Shown here piece after piece: positions 31,537 through 41,954 of a stretch of 46,916 bases of DNA; positions within the stretch are counted from its first letter, which is position 1; the number at the start of each line of letters is the position of its first letter. The notes under the pieces were generated by a model. The model was not told the DNA's origin, made no database searches, and worked only from the letters and a program-made list of their open reading frames with translations. Both the position numbers and the translations under genes were made by a program. Source of the DNA: Aduncisulcus paluster (Eukaryota); NCBI GenBank assembly GCA_024181965.1, contig BQXS01013858.1, positions 1 to 46,916 on the forward strand, given 5' to 3'.

Positions 31537-34500
31537 TCAACCTCCAACGCTATGTGAATGAGTGCGTAATGGAGTCGATGCAGATATTGAAGAAAAAGAC
31601 AATGAAGATGGACAATAGGTAGAAGAGTAAGAAGATCCTAATGGAATAAGGGGAGGTTGTTCTGATAGCACGGAACCACTATCACCCTCATACTTGAGTA
31701 ATTGTTGCCGTATAACTTCCTCAATAGATGGACATCTCCAGCCTTCCCCAACAGAAGGGAGAAACTCCTTGATTTCTTGGATTCTCTCCCTTGCAATGGC
31801 TGTGGTCATCCGTTTGTGGATATCTTTCTCAGTCAGACCAGAATAGATATCTTCAAGACAATCATGTATTTTTCTTCCACCAGGATGATCCTTGAGTGAG
31901 GTAAAGATAGGAAAGTTTGTAATTGATGGCATGCGATGTCTTTCCATTATCGTGATAAGCCTTTCAATGAAGAGAGAAGGATCTTCAATGCCTCTGAGAA
32001 GAGGATGACCGTACAATGGACTCTCATTGGAAAAAAGAGAAAGAATGGTCATACCTAAACTGTAGGCATCACCTGCTTGCGAATGGAATCCTTCATTCAA
32101 GGCTTCATAAGAATTGTACACAAAAGTCCCACACAAGGCGAAATGAGATAGAGTTTTTTCTGATGAAATCGAGGAAGAATGAGACTCAGACATCGTGGTT
32201 TTTGAGCAGAGAATTGAAGATACCGTATCTTGAATCTGAAGTAAGCCAAGATCACCAAGGACAACAGTGCATTTGCTCGTGGCTGGATCAACACGAACAA
32301 GGAAGTTCTCAGGTTTAATATCTCGATGAACCAATGAGTCAGGTTGAGCACGGAAGACATCGTCAAGACACTCGATCATTGCAACACAGAGAGAAGCAAT
32401 CTTCAAAGAATCAAACGAACGAACGGTTGAATGTGATATTTCGGATTCAGAAGTATCTTGACATCCTTGAGCAGTAGGTTCAACAACAGCCCAACTCCGA
32501 GCAAAGGATCTTACACTTCCACCTGCACAATATTCCATCATGAATCCAAACACGCCTTCCAAATTAGCATTCATACAGTTTAGAATACAAAGAGGACGAG
32601 GTATACGAGAGAAACATTGTGGGTGCATGAATAATCGAAGTTGAGCCCTAAATTCTTTCTTACAGCTCCGTAGCACAGTTTTCTCCCCTATTTTGAGCAT
32701 TTTCTTGAGTACACATGGAGTTTCCATTCCTTCCATTTTCACTAACAAAACCTCTCCAAATGCACCACTTCCAAGGATACACAATGGAGTCAATACCCTG
32801 GGCGATGTGATGGTGGTTGACCGTATCCGTGTAGATATATCGACTGTGGATGACTCTCCATCCTCGTCAATCAGGTTCGAATGTTGGAATTTTCCTCGAT
32901 GCGAAAGATAAAATTGTGATTTTTTCTCATGGCGTTCTCTTCTCTCTGACTCTTTCTTTGTCTCTCGAACGAGTCTTAAAGCCTCAACGTGGCACCATTT
33001 CTCCCATTTCCATGAGCACATGCACTCCATTTCACATGATACAATATCACTGATATGTACAGGGAGGACAAACCACTCATACTCAAGCTGTGGAACCAGA
33101 GAAGAATGAGAAGAATGAGAAGAATTGGAAGCAACCCTTTGGATTCTATGTATGTTTGACATAGTGAAGCCATTCTTAAGATGAAAAGAGATACGAAGAC
33201 ATTGAGGTTGTGTTGATAGCGAGTTCACACACAAATGAATGCATTTAAGGTTCTGAGCGGTTGAAAAGGGGAAAAACAATTTATGAAATGTAATAGATCG
33301 CCTTCCAGAGAGAAAAGATTTCAAATCCAACCCCCTTTTCAGTGATTCTGACTCAATATCGCCCAAATCCACCTTCATCTTGCTTGTATGAATTTTAACA
33401 GATCTTTTCCATTTTTCAAACCGACCTAAAGTCTTTGTACTTCTCCCTCCCTTCATGAGGAATTTGGCACGAATCATATCATCGCCGAGTCGTTGCATGC
33501 TCAATATTGTTTTCCTTCTTGCCGCAAGCAATTCTCTTTGGGAAGTAGTCAAGCGATGTTGCATTACATTCCTCTGGTAGATATCATGATGGATTGGCCA
33601 AGCCCCATGTAGGGCACACCACTCCATATGAACATCATATTTGGGGCATAAAAACTGAACGAGACACGGGATATTGGAAAAAGAAGCAATTAGTTTTGAC
33701 CAATTTCTAATTCCCCACTCATCTCCCTCAGCCTTAAACACCTCATACCAATCATCGAGGAATATCGCTAAAGAGGCATGCAATTTAACAGAATATTCCT
33801 CGACACAGCAGAAATGAGCAACTAAAGCCACCAAATGCTTGATAACCATGATACCCTCATTAACAAACACACCACGAATTGGAGAAGAGAGTTTCTCGAT
33901 TGTAGGAAACAAAGAGACGCATCTGTGTTGACATGGGCTCCAATCATCCTCGGAAAGGGTAATGTTATGCAATATAACCAACCATTTCCCAACGAATGAA
34001 CTTGACGGATATATTTCAAACCATCTGAGGATATTTGGTTGAATTGTGTCCAAGATCTCATCTCTAATTGAATTATCCAAAATGGAAGAGAGGTTTCCAA
34101 GTAATGTTAATATTTTAAGAAAAAGCTCAGGTCCAGGGAAATTCTCCCCAGAATCAAGAGTAAGCAATGTAAATAATGAATCTTTAATCTTTTTAAACAC
34201 TTGAGCTCGTTCGTCAACATTGAAATATGAATAATTTGTACATAAATGGTATATCCACTCAGAAGCAGCCAATCCAAGTGATTTCTCGATTCGAAGCAAA
34301 TGATCAATAAACTTATCAAATAATAGCCCCATTTTTTCCTTTGAGAGAAAGATGGTGGTTTGATCGGGCCCAAAACTTCCTACCCAGAAGGCTAGGCATT
34401 TGCAGCACATGAGGAGTTCATTTCTAAAATCAGTGATTTGTTCTGGGAGGGTCTTGGTCCTAAACGTCTCCAAAATCATAAAGTGATATTTTTCAAAGAG

Positions 34501-35715
34501 GATTTCCTTCTGTCCTGACGTTGCGCAAACGATTTGAGCACATAAATCCACATAAAAAGAAAATTCCTCAGATTCTTTTGTAGATTTGACATGTAATCCA
34601 CTTGCCTGTGAAGCAAACAACGCAGATTTCTCCGATATTCCAAGGATAGATTCTTCACACCAGACCATTTTTTCGTGCAAGGAACGAAGCTTATCACTGA
34701 AATCAGGAACTACAACAACTCTTACGTCTTCCTCTTCCTTCTCTTCCTCTCCCTTCTCTTCCTCTTCTTCCATTTTTGGGTCAGAAAGAGTCATGTGGAA
34801 TTGTTTAACTAGTCCATACCAATAATTAATACCTTTCGAAGCTACGATCTCACCTTCTCGATGATAATACTGAAGGGACTCAAACCACTCACTTAACGAT
34901 TCAAAGACCTCACTAAAAATAGTCTGTGTGCGCTCAAAAGATGAACAAAGATAAAAAAACAAAATTAGTACGTGAGACACACTAATGAAGGATTTACCAG
35001 AAAACATTGATTGAATGACATGGAATAATGGCACAAAAATGGAAAATATCTTATTGATTCGTAATTTACGCGATGAATCATCACTTGAAGGCTTCACTAG
35101 ATTACAGAGGGTGGTGATGATGGAAGAAATGTAAGTTGTGTAGGTCTCAATCCATCCAACAAGATGTGGATGAATGACATCGATTAGCGCATCGAGAATA
35201 AGCGTGTGAGGAGAATTTGAAATAAGTTCGCAGCAAGATAAAACGTGAAATACAAGATCAGGTTTTAATCTTTCTTCAGTACCTTTATCAAGGATACAAG
35301 AAAGAGAATCTGACATAAAATCCAAGGCCCGTTTTGTGATATCGACTGACATCAAATATTTATGAATAATACCATAAAGCCACTGACTTATGGAGAGACC
35401 AAGAACATGTTCGCAATTAATCATGGGAATGATAAATAAATTAACTAATTGATTAAGATAAGGAATTTTAAAATCATCTTTTCGATGAACACCCGCCAAT
35501 TTCGATATTAATTCACACAGGAGAACGATTCTCTCACTATCCTGGAAAATCTTCTCAGCGGAATTATTATGCTTAAAAATTGTCATAGCGGCTGCATTAT
35601 ATGTTTGATATATATGGTTTACCTCTTCAAATGATGCGGATTTCAGTAATAAAAGTAACGCACGAATCTGAAGAGTAGATAACAGTTCGTCACTGGAAAT
35701 AATTGGAATTTCCAT
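31537..35715 (-). CDS. Ser/Thr kinase with two N-terminal helical repeat units and a beta-rich domain (1392 aa)
   Basis: LGSGAFGEV, CVLKK, HRDIKPEN, DLG, CGTFVYNSYE, GDAYSLG; kinase domain clearly paralogous to 11433..15845. Confidence 0.92.
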   Translation of the reverse strand: MEIPIISSDELLSTLQIRALLLLLKSASFEEVNHIYQTYNAAAMTIFKHNNSAEKIFQDSERIVLLCELISKLAGVHRKDDFKIPYLNQLVNLFIIPMINCEHVLGLSISQWLYGIIHKYLMSVDITKRALDFMSDSLSCILDKGTEERLKPDLVFHVLSCCELISNSPHTLILDALIDVIHPHLVGWIETYTTYISSIITTLCNLVKPSSDDSSRKLRINKIFSIFVPLFHVIQSMFSGKSFISVSHVLILFFYLCSSFERTQTIFSEVFESLSEWFESLQYYHREGEIVASKGINYWYGLVKQFHMTLSDPKMEEEEEKGEEEKEEEDVRVVVVPDFSDKLRSLHEKMVWCEESILGISEKSALFASQASGLHVKSTKESEEFSFYVDLCAQIVCATSGQKEILFEKYHFMILETFRTKTLPEQITDFRNELLMCCKCLAFWVGSFGPDQTTIFLSKEKMGLLFDKFIDHLLRIEKSLGLAASEWIYHLCTNYSYFNVDERAQVFKKIKDSLFTLLTLDSGENFPGPELFLKILTLLGNLSSILDNSIRDEILDTIQPNILRWFEIYPSSSFVGKWLVILHNITLSEDDWSPCQHRCVSLFPTIEKLSSPIRGVFVNEGIMVIKHLVALVAHFCCVEEYSVKLHASLAIFLDDWYEVFKAEGDEWGIRNWSKLIASFSNIPCLVQFLCPKYDVHMEWCALHGAWPIHHDIYQRNVMQHRLTTSQRELLAARRKTILSMQRLGDDMIRAKFLMKGGRSTKTLGRFEKWKRSVKIHTSKMKVDLGDIESESLKRGLDLKSFLSGRRSITFHKLFFPFSTAQNLKCIHLCVNSLSTQPQCLRISFHLKNGFTMSNIHRIQRVASNSSHSSHSSLVPQLEYEWFVLPVHISDIVSCEMECMCSWKWEKWCHVEALRLVRETKKESERRERHEKKSQFYLSHRGKFQHSNLIDEDGESSTVDISTRIRSTTITSPRVLTPLCILGSGAFGEVLLVKMEGMETPCVLKKMLKIGEKTVLRSCKKEFRAQLRLFMHPQCFSRIPRPLCILNCMNANLEGVFGFMMEYCAGGSVRSFARSWAVVEPTAQGCQDTSESEISHSTVRSFDSLKIASLCVAMIECLDDVFRAQPDSLVHRDIKPENFLVRVDPATSKCTVVLGDLGLLQIQDTVSSILCSKTTMSESHSSSISSEKTLSHFALCGTFVYNSYEALNEGFHSQAGDAYSLGMTILSLFSNESPLYGHPLLRGIEDPSLFIERLITIMERHRMPSITNFPIFTSLKDHPGGRKIHDCLEDIYSGLTEKDIHKRMTTAIARERIQEIKEFLPSVGEGWRCPSIEEVIRQQLLKYEGDSGSVLSEQPPLIPLGSSYSSTYCPSSLSFSSISASTPLRTHSHSVGG

Positions 35716-35889
35716 TACTTATAAATGCTTTAGTATCAATTCAAAATCAATTACTATATTGGATTGAGTCGATCTTTCAGAAAAGGTACTTTTTCTCTCG
35801 GATTGTCCTCGAAGCTTTAAATGAAATAGTAAAAGTCAAAATAATAAATTATTAAACAAAAAAATAAAGTTCTTGATTTACTATTTTAT

Positions 35890-36810
35890 TTAACAGAAAA
35901 GGGGAATCTCCCAGAAGGCATCACAATCAAGCATCCTAATTCTTGTTTTAATGTCATCAATAGCCTTAATTTCAGCTTCTGACAACACCAATTCTTGACT
36001 TTTCAGGTTGGATTCGATATGTTTGGGCTGAGCACTCTTTGGAATAACACTAAGTCCAGCAGGCCTCCTGGATGTAGCCCAGCGCAAAGCAATAGCTGAA
36101 GGATGAACATCATGCTTCTTGGCGATATCTTTGAGAACATCACAATCAAAAATGCTCGGAGTTCCCTCTGGGACGAAATCTCCAGATCCAAGAGGAGAAT
36201 AGGCAGTCACCGAAATTCCGTGAGAAAGACAGAAATCGACAAGTCTATTCTGGGGGTTGTAAGGGTGAAGTTCAACCTGACAGAGAGCTGGTTTAACCTT
36301 GCAATATGTCAAAAGATCATAGAGGTGAGCAACAGTGAAATTGGAAACACCAATATGTTTCACCTTCCCGGTTTCAAGAAGTTTCTCCATTATTTCCCAT
36401 TGCTTTGCGATAGAGATGGGTTCAGTGACAATCTTTCCATCTGTACGAGGCCAGTAATCTCCATCAGGACGCTTCTCAAAGGCAAGAGGCCAATGGATCA
36501 AATAAAGATCGAGATAATCACATTGCAAATCTTTCAATGTTTTTTCAAGAGCATCAAGGGCAATCTCATAAGACCCTTTCTCAGTACACCAAAGTTTAGA
36601 TGTAATCCATAGATCTTCTCTCTTAATACCAGCAGCATCAATGCCTTCTTTGATACCTTTTCCAACGGCATCTTCATTTTCATAACAGGCTGCACAGTCA
36701 ATATGGCGATATCCAACAGAAATGGCATGTTTTACAGCACCGGTCACCTCTTCAGGAGAACTCTTCCAGGTACCGAGACCAAAGGAGGGAATTTTGAGGA
36801 ATGATTTCAT
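35890..36810 (-). CDS. Aldo/keto reductase (NAD(P)H-dependent), 306 aa
   Basis: IPSFGLGTW; catalytic tetrad in HIDCAACY (D,Y), TSKLW (K), LIHWP (H); HIGVSNF, QVELHPY, AYSPLG, VIPKS. ATG at 36810. Confidence 0.96.
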   Translation of the reverse strand: MKSFLKIPSFGLGTWKSSPEEVTGAVKHAISVGYRHIDCAACYENEDAVGKGIKEGIDAAGIKREDLWITSKLWCTEKGSYEIALDALEKTLKDLQCDYLDLYLIHWPLAFEKRPDGDYWPRTDGKIVTEPISIAKQWEIMEKLLETGKVKHIGVSNFTVAHLYDLLTYCKVKPALCQVELHPYNPQNRLVDFCLSHGISVTAYSPLGSGDFVPEGTPSIFDCDVLKDIAKKHDVHPSAIALRWATSRRPAGLSVIPKSAQPKHIESNLKSQELVLSEAEIKAIDDIKTRIRMLDCDAFWEIPLFC

Positions 36811-37046
36811 TTTAGAGATCAACTCTGTAGCAAAACAGAGAAAAGAAAATGACAAGCTGCTTTCTCTTCAAAATCATTTTAAATTGTGTCGCTATCAATG
36901 AAAAAAACAAAAACAGTTACAAAATATAATAGTATCAATATTCTTTGAAGGTAATTCCAGTTTCTCCGCGGTAGAAATTCGTCAGATTATGATTTAGTGT
37001 TTCTATACCTTCTCGATATGATTTATTGGTCCAACCAATATGTAGT

Positions 37047-38786
37047 CTACATATCTTTAATTTTTGCTGCAGAATACTCGTCCGGTGCCTCACTAGATGA
37101 AGTCTTGGTATCTTTTTGAATTGCTTTTTTAACAGGAGAAGTGGAAGATCTTAAACATGCCCATCTTGCTGGTAACAACAATTCAATCAAAGCAATGATT
37201 ATTTTAGGTATAATTGTGAAAGGAATAACCCCAGGAGCCGTGAATATATATCTAACAAACCAATTTGCACCTTGATGATGCTTTTTGCCATCTTTCCTTT
37301 GTTTTGACGCCACTTCGTTGCTAGAAACTGTCTCTTCATCTTCATTCCTTACAACAGCACCAACATCATAAAGACTATTTGACCCAGCACCACACGAATC
37401 ACAGAAGAAAATCCTTTCTTGTTGGAGTGAGAGTGAAGAAATGGTTTGTTTTGAGAAAAATCTACAACAAACATTTGCAAAGAGTGAACATATATTTTTA
37501 CGTTGATTTGAACGTTCTTTTAAATCTTGATCGACCAGATCCGCTCCACTTCCATCACTGAAACTGTAAAAAGTATCATCGGTCGCAGAAAAATCTTCAG
37601 ACCCGAAAGAAGAAGTGGGCACTGATTTATGTTTAGAATCGGAATAATTACCTCCAGGCGCGGGCACTATATCATCATGGCGAATAATATCGGCAGAATC
37701 ATCGGTAATACTATTGATTGATGAACTGACCATCTTCTTATTCTGCCCCTTTCTTCCTTGACTGGCCTTCTCTTCCTTTTCTCTTTCAATTTTTGATTTG
37801 AGGATCTTCTTATGGACCTTCACATAATCCATGAATTCTTGATGGCTGATGGGACCATTAGCAACACAACCAAACAAGAGTGCCACTGGATATAGAATCA
37901 CAGCGAAATGATCACCCATGAGAACACTTTGTTGGAAGAATCTGACGATTAGGAAAGGTGCACCAAAGGCAAGGTACCAGCTCCAACATTCATCAACAGA
38001 TTTGAGGATTGAAGACACATCAGAGGTTGAGTGTAGGGGAGAAATGGAGAGAATATTGAGAACCTCGACAAGAGTTCTAATAATAGAATATAAATGGGGA
38101 CCATATGGACGGATACTAAGGAAACTTCCGCAAACAATGCTTAAAATAATCCTGGTAAGAGCTAATTCAATACCTCTGACAACACTTCGACCCTGATTGC
38201 TACCAGAGGCTGTAGAACTATGACTTATTGGAGGATATTTATCATCCGGCTCATCCCTTTCAGAATGGGCAAGTTCATCATCAACCAGTCCGCTCCGGCC
38301 AGAACCGAACCATTTCGACACCCCACGAATCGTAGCAAATTTTTTAAACGAATCTTCAAGAATATCTTCAATAAGTAGACCCAGTGGCATGTCTGGAAAT
38401 GCCATTAATAAATTAAAAAGAACAATATTTCCGTAATGCCAATATGCATCAACTGATTCAGAAGCTCCAACAACCCCAAGTGAGGAGGGTAGTGAGGTAT
38501 CTGAAAGAGGGGCCACTTCATCAGAAAATGGAAATTCATCAAGGGAACCGAATATTTTCAGTCGTGGGATTAAAAAGAATTTCATTGATAAAATCAGCAC
38601 CAAATAGATAAAAAGACCAATAAAACTCCGGGTACTATACTTTACAATTGGTATATTGCCAGATTTAATGCTGTTCCATATCCATTTTGGAGAAAATATC
38701 AAATCCATTAATCCAAGAACTAAATTAAGAATGTGGCGAATAAAACTAATGCATATTGAACAGAAAACCAATTTTAACTTTACCAT
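37047..38786 (-). CDS. Multi-pass membrane protein, EI24-like
   Basis: Several hydrophobic segments; WSWYLAFGAPF...AVILYPVALL resembles the EI24 core W.Y..GFG.P...SILFPLFII; long hydrophilic insertion before the last hydrophobic segment. Confidence 0.55.
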   Translation of the reverse strand: MVKLKLVFCSICISFIRHILNLVLGLMDLIFSPKWIWNSIKSGNIPIVKYSTRSFIGLFIYLVLILSMKFFLIPRLKIFGSLDEFPFSDEVAPLSDTSLPSSLGVVGASESVDAYWHYGNIVLFNLLMAFPDMPLGLLIEDILEDSFKKFATIRGVSKWFGSGRSGLVDDELAHSERDEPDDKYPPISHSSTASGSNQGRSVVRGIELALTRIILSIVCGSFLSIRPYGPHLYSIIRTLVEVLNILSISPLHSTSDVSSILKSVDECWSWYLAFGAPFLIVRFFQQSVLMGDHFAVILYPVALLFGCVANGPISHQEFMDYVKVHKKILKSKIEREKEEKASQGRKGQNKKMVSSSINSITDDSADIIRHDDIVPAPGGNYSDSKHKSVPTSSFGSEDFSATDDTFYSFSDGSGADLVDQDLKERSNQRKNICSLFANVCCRFFSKQTISSLSLQQERIFFCDSCGAGSNSLYDVGAVVRNEDEETVSSNEVASKQRKDGKKHHQGANWFVRYIFTAPGVIPFTIIPKIIIALIELLLPARWACLRSSTSPVKKAIQKDTKTSSSEAPDEYSAAKIKDM

Positions 38787-39150
38787 AATTGAAGTGTCTT
38801 TTTGAATTATACAAAATTACTATTTTTTCTTTTCAAGATCAAAGAACGAATTTGCGTTGCAAAATTTCATTGCTTTACATCAAATAATAGCCGTGTAGTA
38901 TTTTTAAGTTTCTTATTTACTTCCTCAGGAACGAAACTTTCGTTAGCCTTGAAGGCTTTCGTCAAGAATAAACAACAAATAAAAACATGATCCACAATGA
39001 TTGTTTGACACGTGTAAAAATCATGCGTAAGTTTTTCTTTCACAGTACGTCACATATCTGTGAAAACACGATCAAAAAGTAATTAAAAGAACAAACTTCT
39101 GCTGAAGTACGTTTCTGATTTGTTTAGATTTGAAACAATAACTCATCTTC

Positions 39151-40839
39151 TTATTCGGGAGGAGGTCTGTGGAACTCAAGAGGAGCAACAACATCATAAA
39201 CGATCTCACGATGGTAAGACCAGACATATCTAATGGCCTCGTAAGTTCCAATGCTAGCAGCTACAGCTCCAGCCGGTCCGAAGTGATGATTTTGAGGAGC
39301 ACCAGTGGTCCTTGCACGACGACCAGCATAAGTGGTACCATTGATAGTGTGAGCAAGACAAGTAGTGATGAAACGTGGGTCATCAGAGACCACAGCCTGG
39401 GTGAGGTGAGCTGTCATCTTCTCTGAGGCATCAAAGATACGAGTTAAAGTGGCATCAGAGAAAGGAACAACAACCTGGAAGGGTCCGAATATCTCACGAG
39501 TGCAGAGAGCAAAGTTCTCATGGAACACATCCATTGGAACCATAATAGCAGTAGGCTCAACACAAGCATATTTGGCAGGAACATGAGCGAGCAAAGGATC
39601 CTCCAACTTCTTGGCTCCCCAGAGAAGCTCAGCTCCAGGGAGATCAAGAAGAGCCTTGGCATGGCCAAGAACATCCTCAGTAGTGTGGGAGAGAAGAGGA
39701 CCAATTGAGAGATCTTTCACATTTCTTTCACTCTTGATGGCATCCATCTGTTTAAGAAGATCACCAAATTTGCCATCCTTGACATCCTTGGCTCCAGAGA
39801 CAGCACCATGTTTTAACCAGTTCTCATGGATGAATAAGCAAGATTGGGCAGAACATTTCTGACCAGAAAGAGCATAGGCGTCTTGGTCACACTGCCAGGC
39901 GACGTAACCTGTATCCTTCACATCAGGACCAAGGATCTTGAAGTCAAATCCGGCATCTTCCACCTTGACACGTCCTTTAAGAGTGCCAATAAGTTGTTCA
40001 GCAACACCAGAAGATCCAGTGAACTGAGTGAGAGCAGGCTTGGCCTCGACAAGGAGGTGTTCCATTGTACGTCCACCACAATTCACGAAATCAACAGCAT
40101 CCTTTGGAGCACCACAGAAGTGCATTAAATGAAGGAATTGTTCCATGACAACAGCGGTGGTGGTAGCACACTTCATAAGAACCTTGTTACCCATGTAAAG
40201 AGCACCCATCAACTGGAGGACAGGGATCTCGAGAGGGAAGTTGAAGGGACTCACAAGAGCACAGGGACCATGAGGCCAGCGGTATCCTTGGCTCTGTTGA
40301 CCAAAACGATCACCAGGATTACCGAAAGAACGAGCAAGGAAACGAACATTGTCTCCACTAAAGTTTTCCAAGAAAGTACGAGACACTGTGATTTCTCCCA
40401 AGGCCTGGCCTCTGTGTTTGGGACACACACGCTGAATAGTCTTGATGAAGAACTCAACCACTTCGGGCTTGTGCATCTCTTCAGCTAGCTTTCTTGTGAC
40501 CTTTCCCCACATGACATATTTCTCGGGATTCTTTAAGGGATTATGAAGACCAGATTTAGGACACTTCTGAAGACTTTTGGCAAAAACGGTGAGTTCCTTC
40601 CCTTCAGTTCTAGGATAGATGATAAATTCGTCACCATTCATTGGATCAAGGAGTGTAGCAGTTTTCTCGGTAGAAGTCCACTCTCCACCAACAAGGTTGA
40701 GTAAAGTGTGAGGGTTTTCGCCAGAAGCGGTGAAAGGATCTACATGATTATAATGAGTCATATTTCAAAAAAGACAAAAATACAAAAAAGAAGTGAAATA
40801 AGACATACCAAAGGTAGCCCATGAAGGAATAATGGTCAT
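39151..40839 (-). CDS. ALDH12: Delta-1-pyrroline-5-carboxylate dehydrogenase, ALDH12 family; complement(join(39151..40739,40809..40839)), 539 aa
   Basis: ALDH12 signatures FLENFSGDNVRFLARSF, GQQSQGYRWP, PFNFPLEIP, FTGSS, EDAGFD (catalytic Glu), GQKCSAQS (catalytic Cys), RARTTGAPQNH. Splicing gives MTIIPSWATFDPFTASG. Confidence 0.93.
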
Positions 40840-41331
40840 TTTTGTTAGTATTAATGTTATTGTGCAAAAACAGGAAATTTAGTAACTATTTTTCGTGGAT
40901 CAAACATTGATACGAATAAAACCTATCAGATGTCATGGAACGTAAAAATAAACAAATAAATAATCGTAATTTTGCCCTTTATGGNNNNNNNNNNNNNNNN
41001 NNNNGCAGTTTTCTGGGTAGAAGTCCACTCTCCACCAAAAAGGTTGAGTAAAGTGTGAGGGTTTTCGCCAGAAGCGGTGAAAGGATCTACATGATTATAA
41101 TGAGTCATATTTAAAAAAAGAAAAAAATACAAAAAAGAAGTGAAATAAGACATACCAAAGGTAGCCCATGAAGGAATAATGGTCATTTTTGTTAGTATTA
41201 ATGTTATTGTGCAAAAACAGGAAATTTAGTAACTATTTTTCGTGGATCAAACATTGATACGAATAAAACCTATCAGATGTCATGGAACGTAAAAATAAAC
41301 AAATAAATAATCGTAATTTTGCCCTTTATGG
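40658..41331. repeat. Gap-flanking duplication 40658..40984 = 41005..41331 (5' end of ALDH12)
   Basis: Offset 347; four mismatches seen (40668, 40692, 40766, 40775). Confidence 0.9.
40740..40808 (-). other. Spliceosomal intron, 69 nt, phase 1 (GTATGT...CATGTAG)
   Basis: Canonical donor, T-rich body with an in-frame TGA, TAG acceptor; splicing restores a WAT.DP N-terminal motif. Confidence 0.8.
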
Positions 41332-41645
41332 ATTTTTTGGGTGGAGAGGCAAGGTAATAAACCGAAATGTAACGTGTGGAAATATTTTGACATTCAATAT
41401 GAACCAATAGTGGTATATTTGTCTTAAAAATTAACAAATAGAATGAGTAGAATGGGGAGGCTTGAGAATAATAGAAGTTCATAAGCCTCGACAAGTGTTC
41501 AAAGGTTCGTTCATTCAACATTTTGCTTCCGACATCGACTCACTGGTTCATAGATGATGTATTCAAATTTCCATGATGATTTATTTGAGAAAAAAAGCAG
41601 CATATGTTATAACGAGCATCTCTAGCCAGCTCCAGAAGCTCTTGA

Positions 41646-41954
41646 GCTGGAGTTGTCTGTTTTAATTCGATGTGGAGAGAGTGTGTTCGTATTTCATCCT
41701 CATCCTCAGATTTTGTTGAAGGCACCACTGGGATTGAACTCTCCCCCTTTGTCCAAATGCTCATTGATTCTCTGTATGATGACAACATGAGTGAAAACAA
41801 TGTTCTCCAAGTCCTTGGTGTTGCATCCGATGTTTTCCGTGTTTCACGTGCCAAATTCCCCTCTCAATCTGGCATCGATAGCTCAGCAAGTGATTATGTC
41901 CCTGGCAACCGTGAGGGTGAGCTGAAGTTTGGTGGAGAGAGGAAGTAAGCATCA
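41646..41954 (+). pseudogene. Duplicated 3' fragment of the HEAT-like gene (copy of 30969..31277)
   Basis: Offset 10677; the translated C-terminal 92 aa are identical; not adjacent to an N gap; upstream coding part absent. Confidence 0.75.

Noticed and set aside
36825-36852. Polypyrimidine tract plus CAG upstream of the aldo/keto reductase ATG
   Set aside because: No GTAYGT donor found upstream; an intron cannot be supported.
39038-39065. Hairpin TTTCACAG...CTGTGAAA downstream of ALDH12
   Set aside because: Only 8 bp; no support for a terminator or ncRNA in a eukaryotic context.
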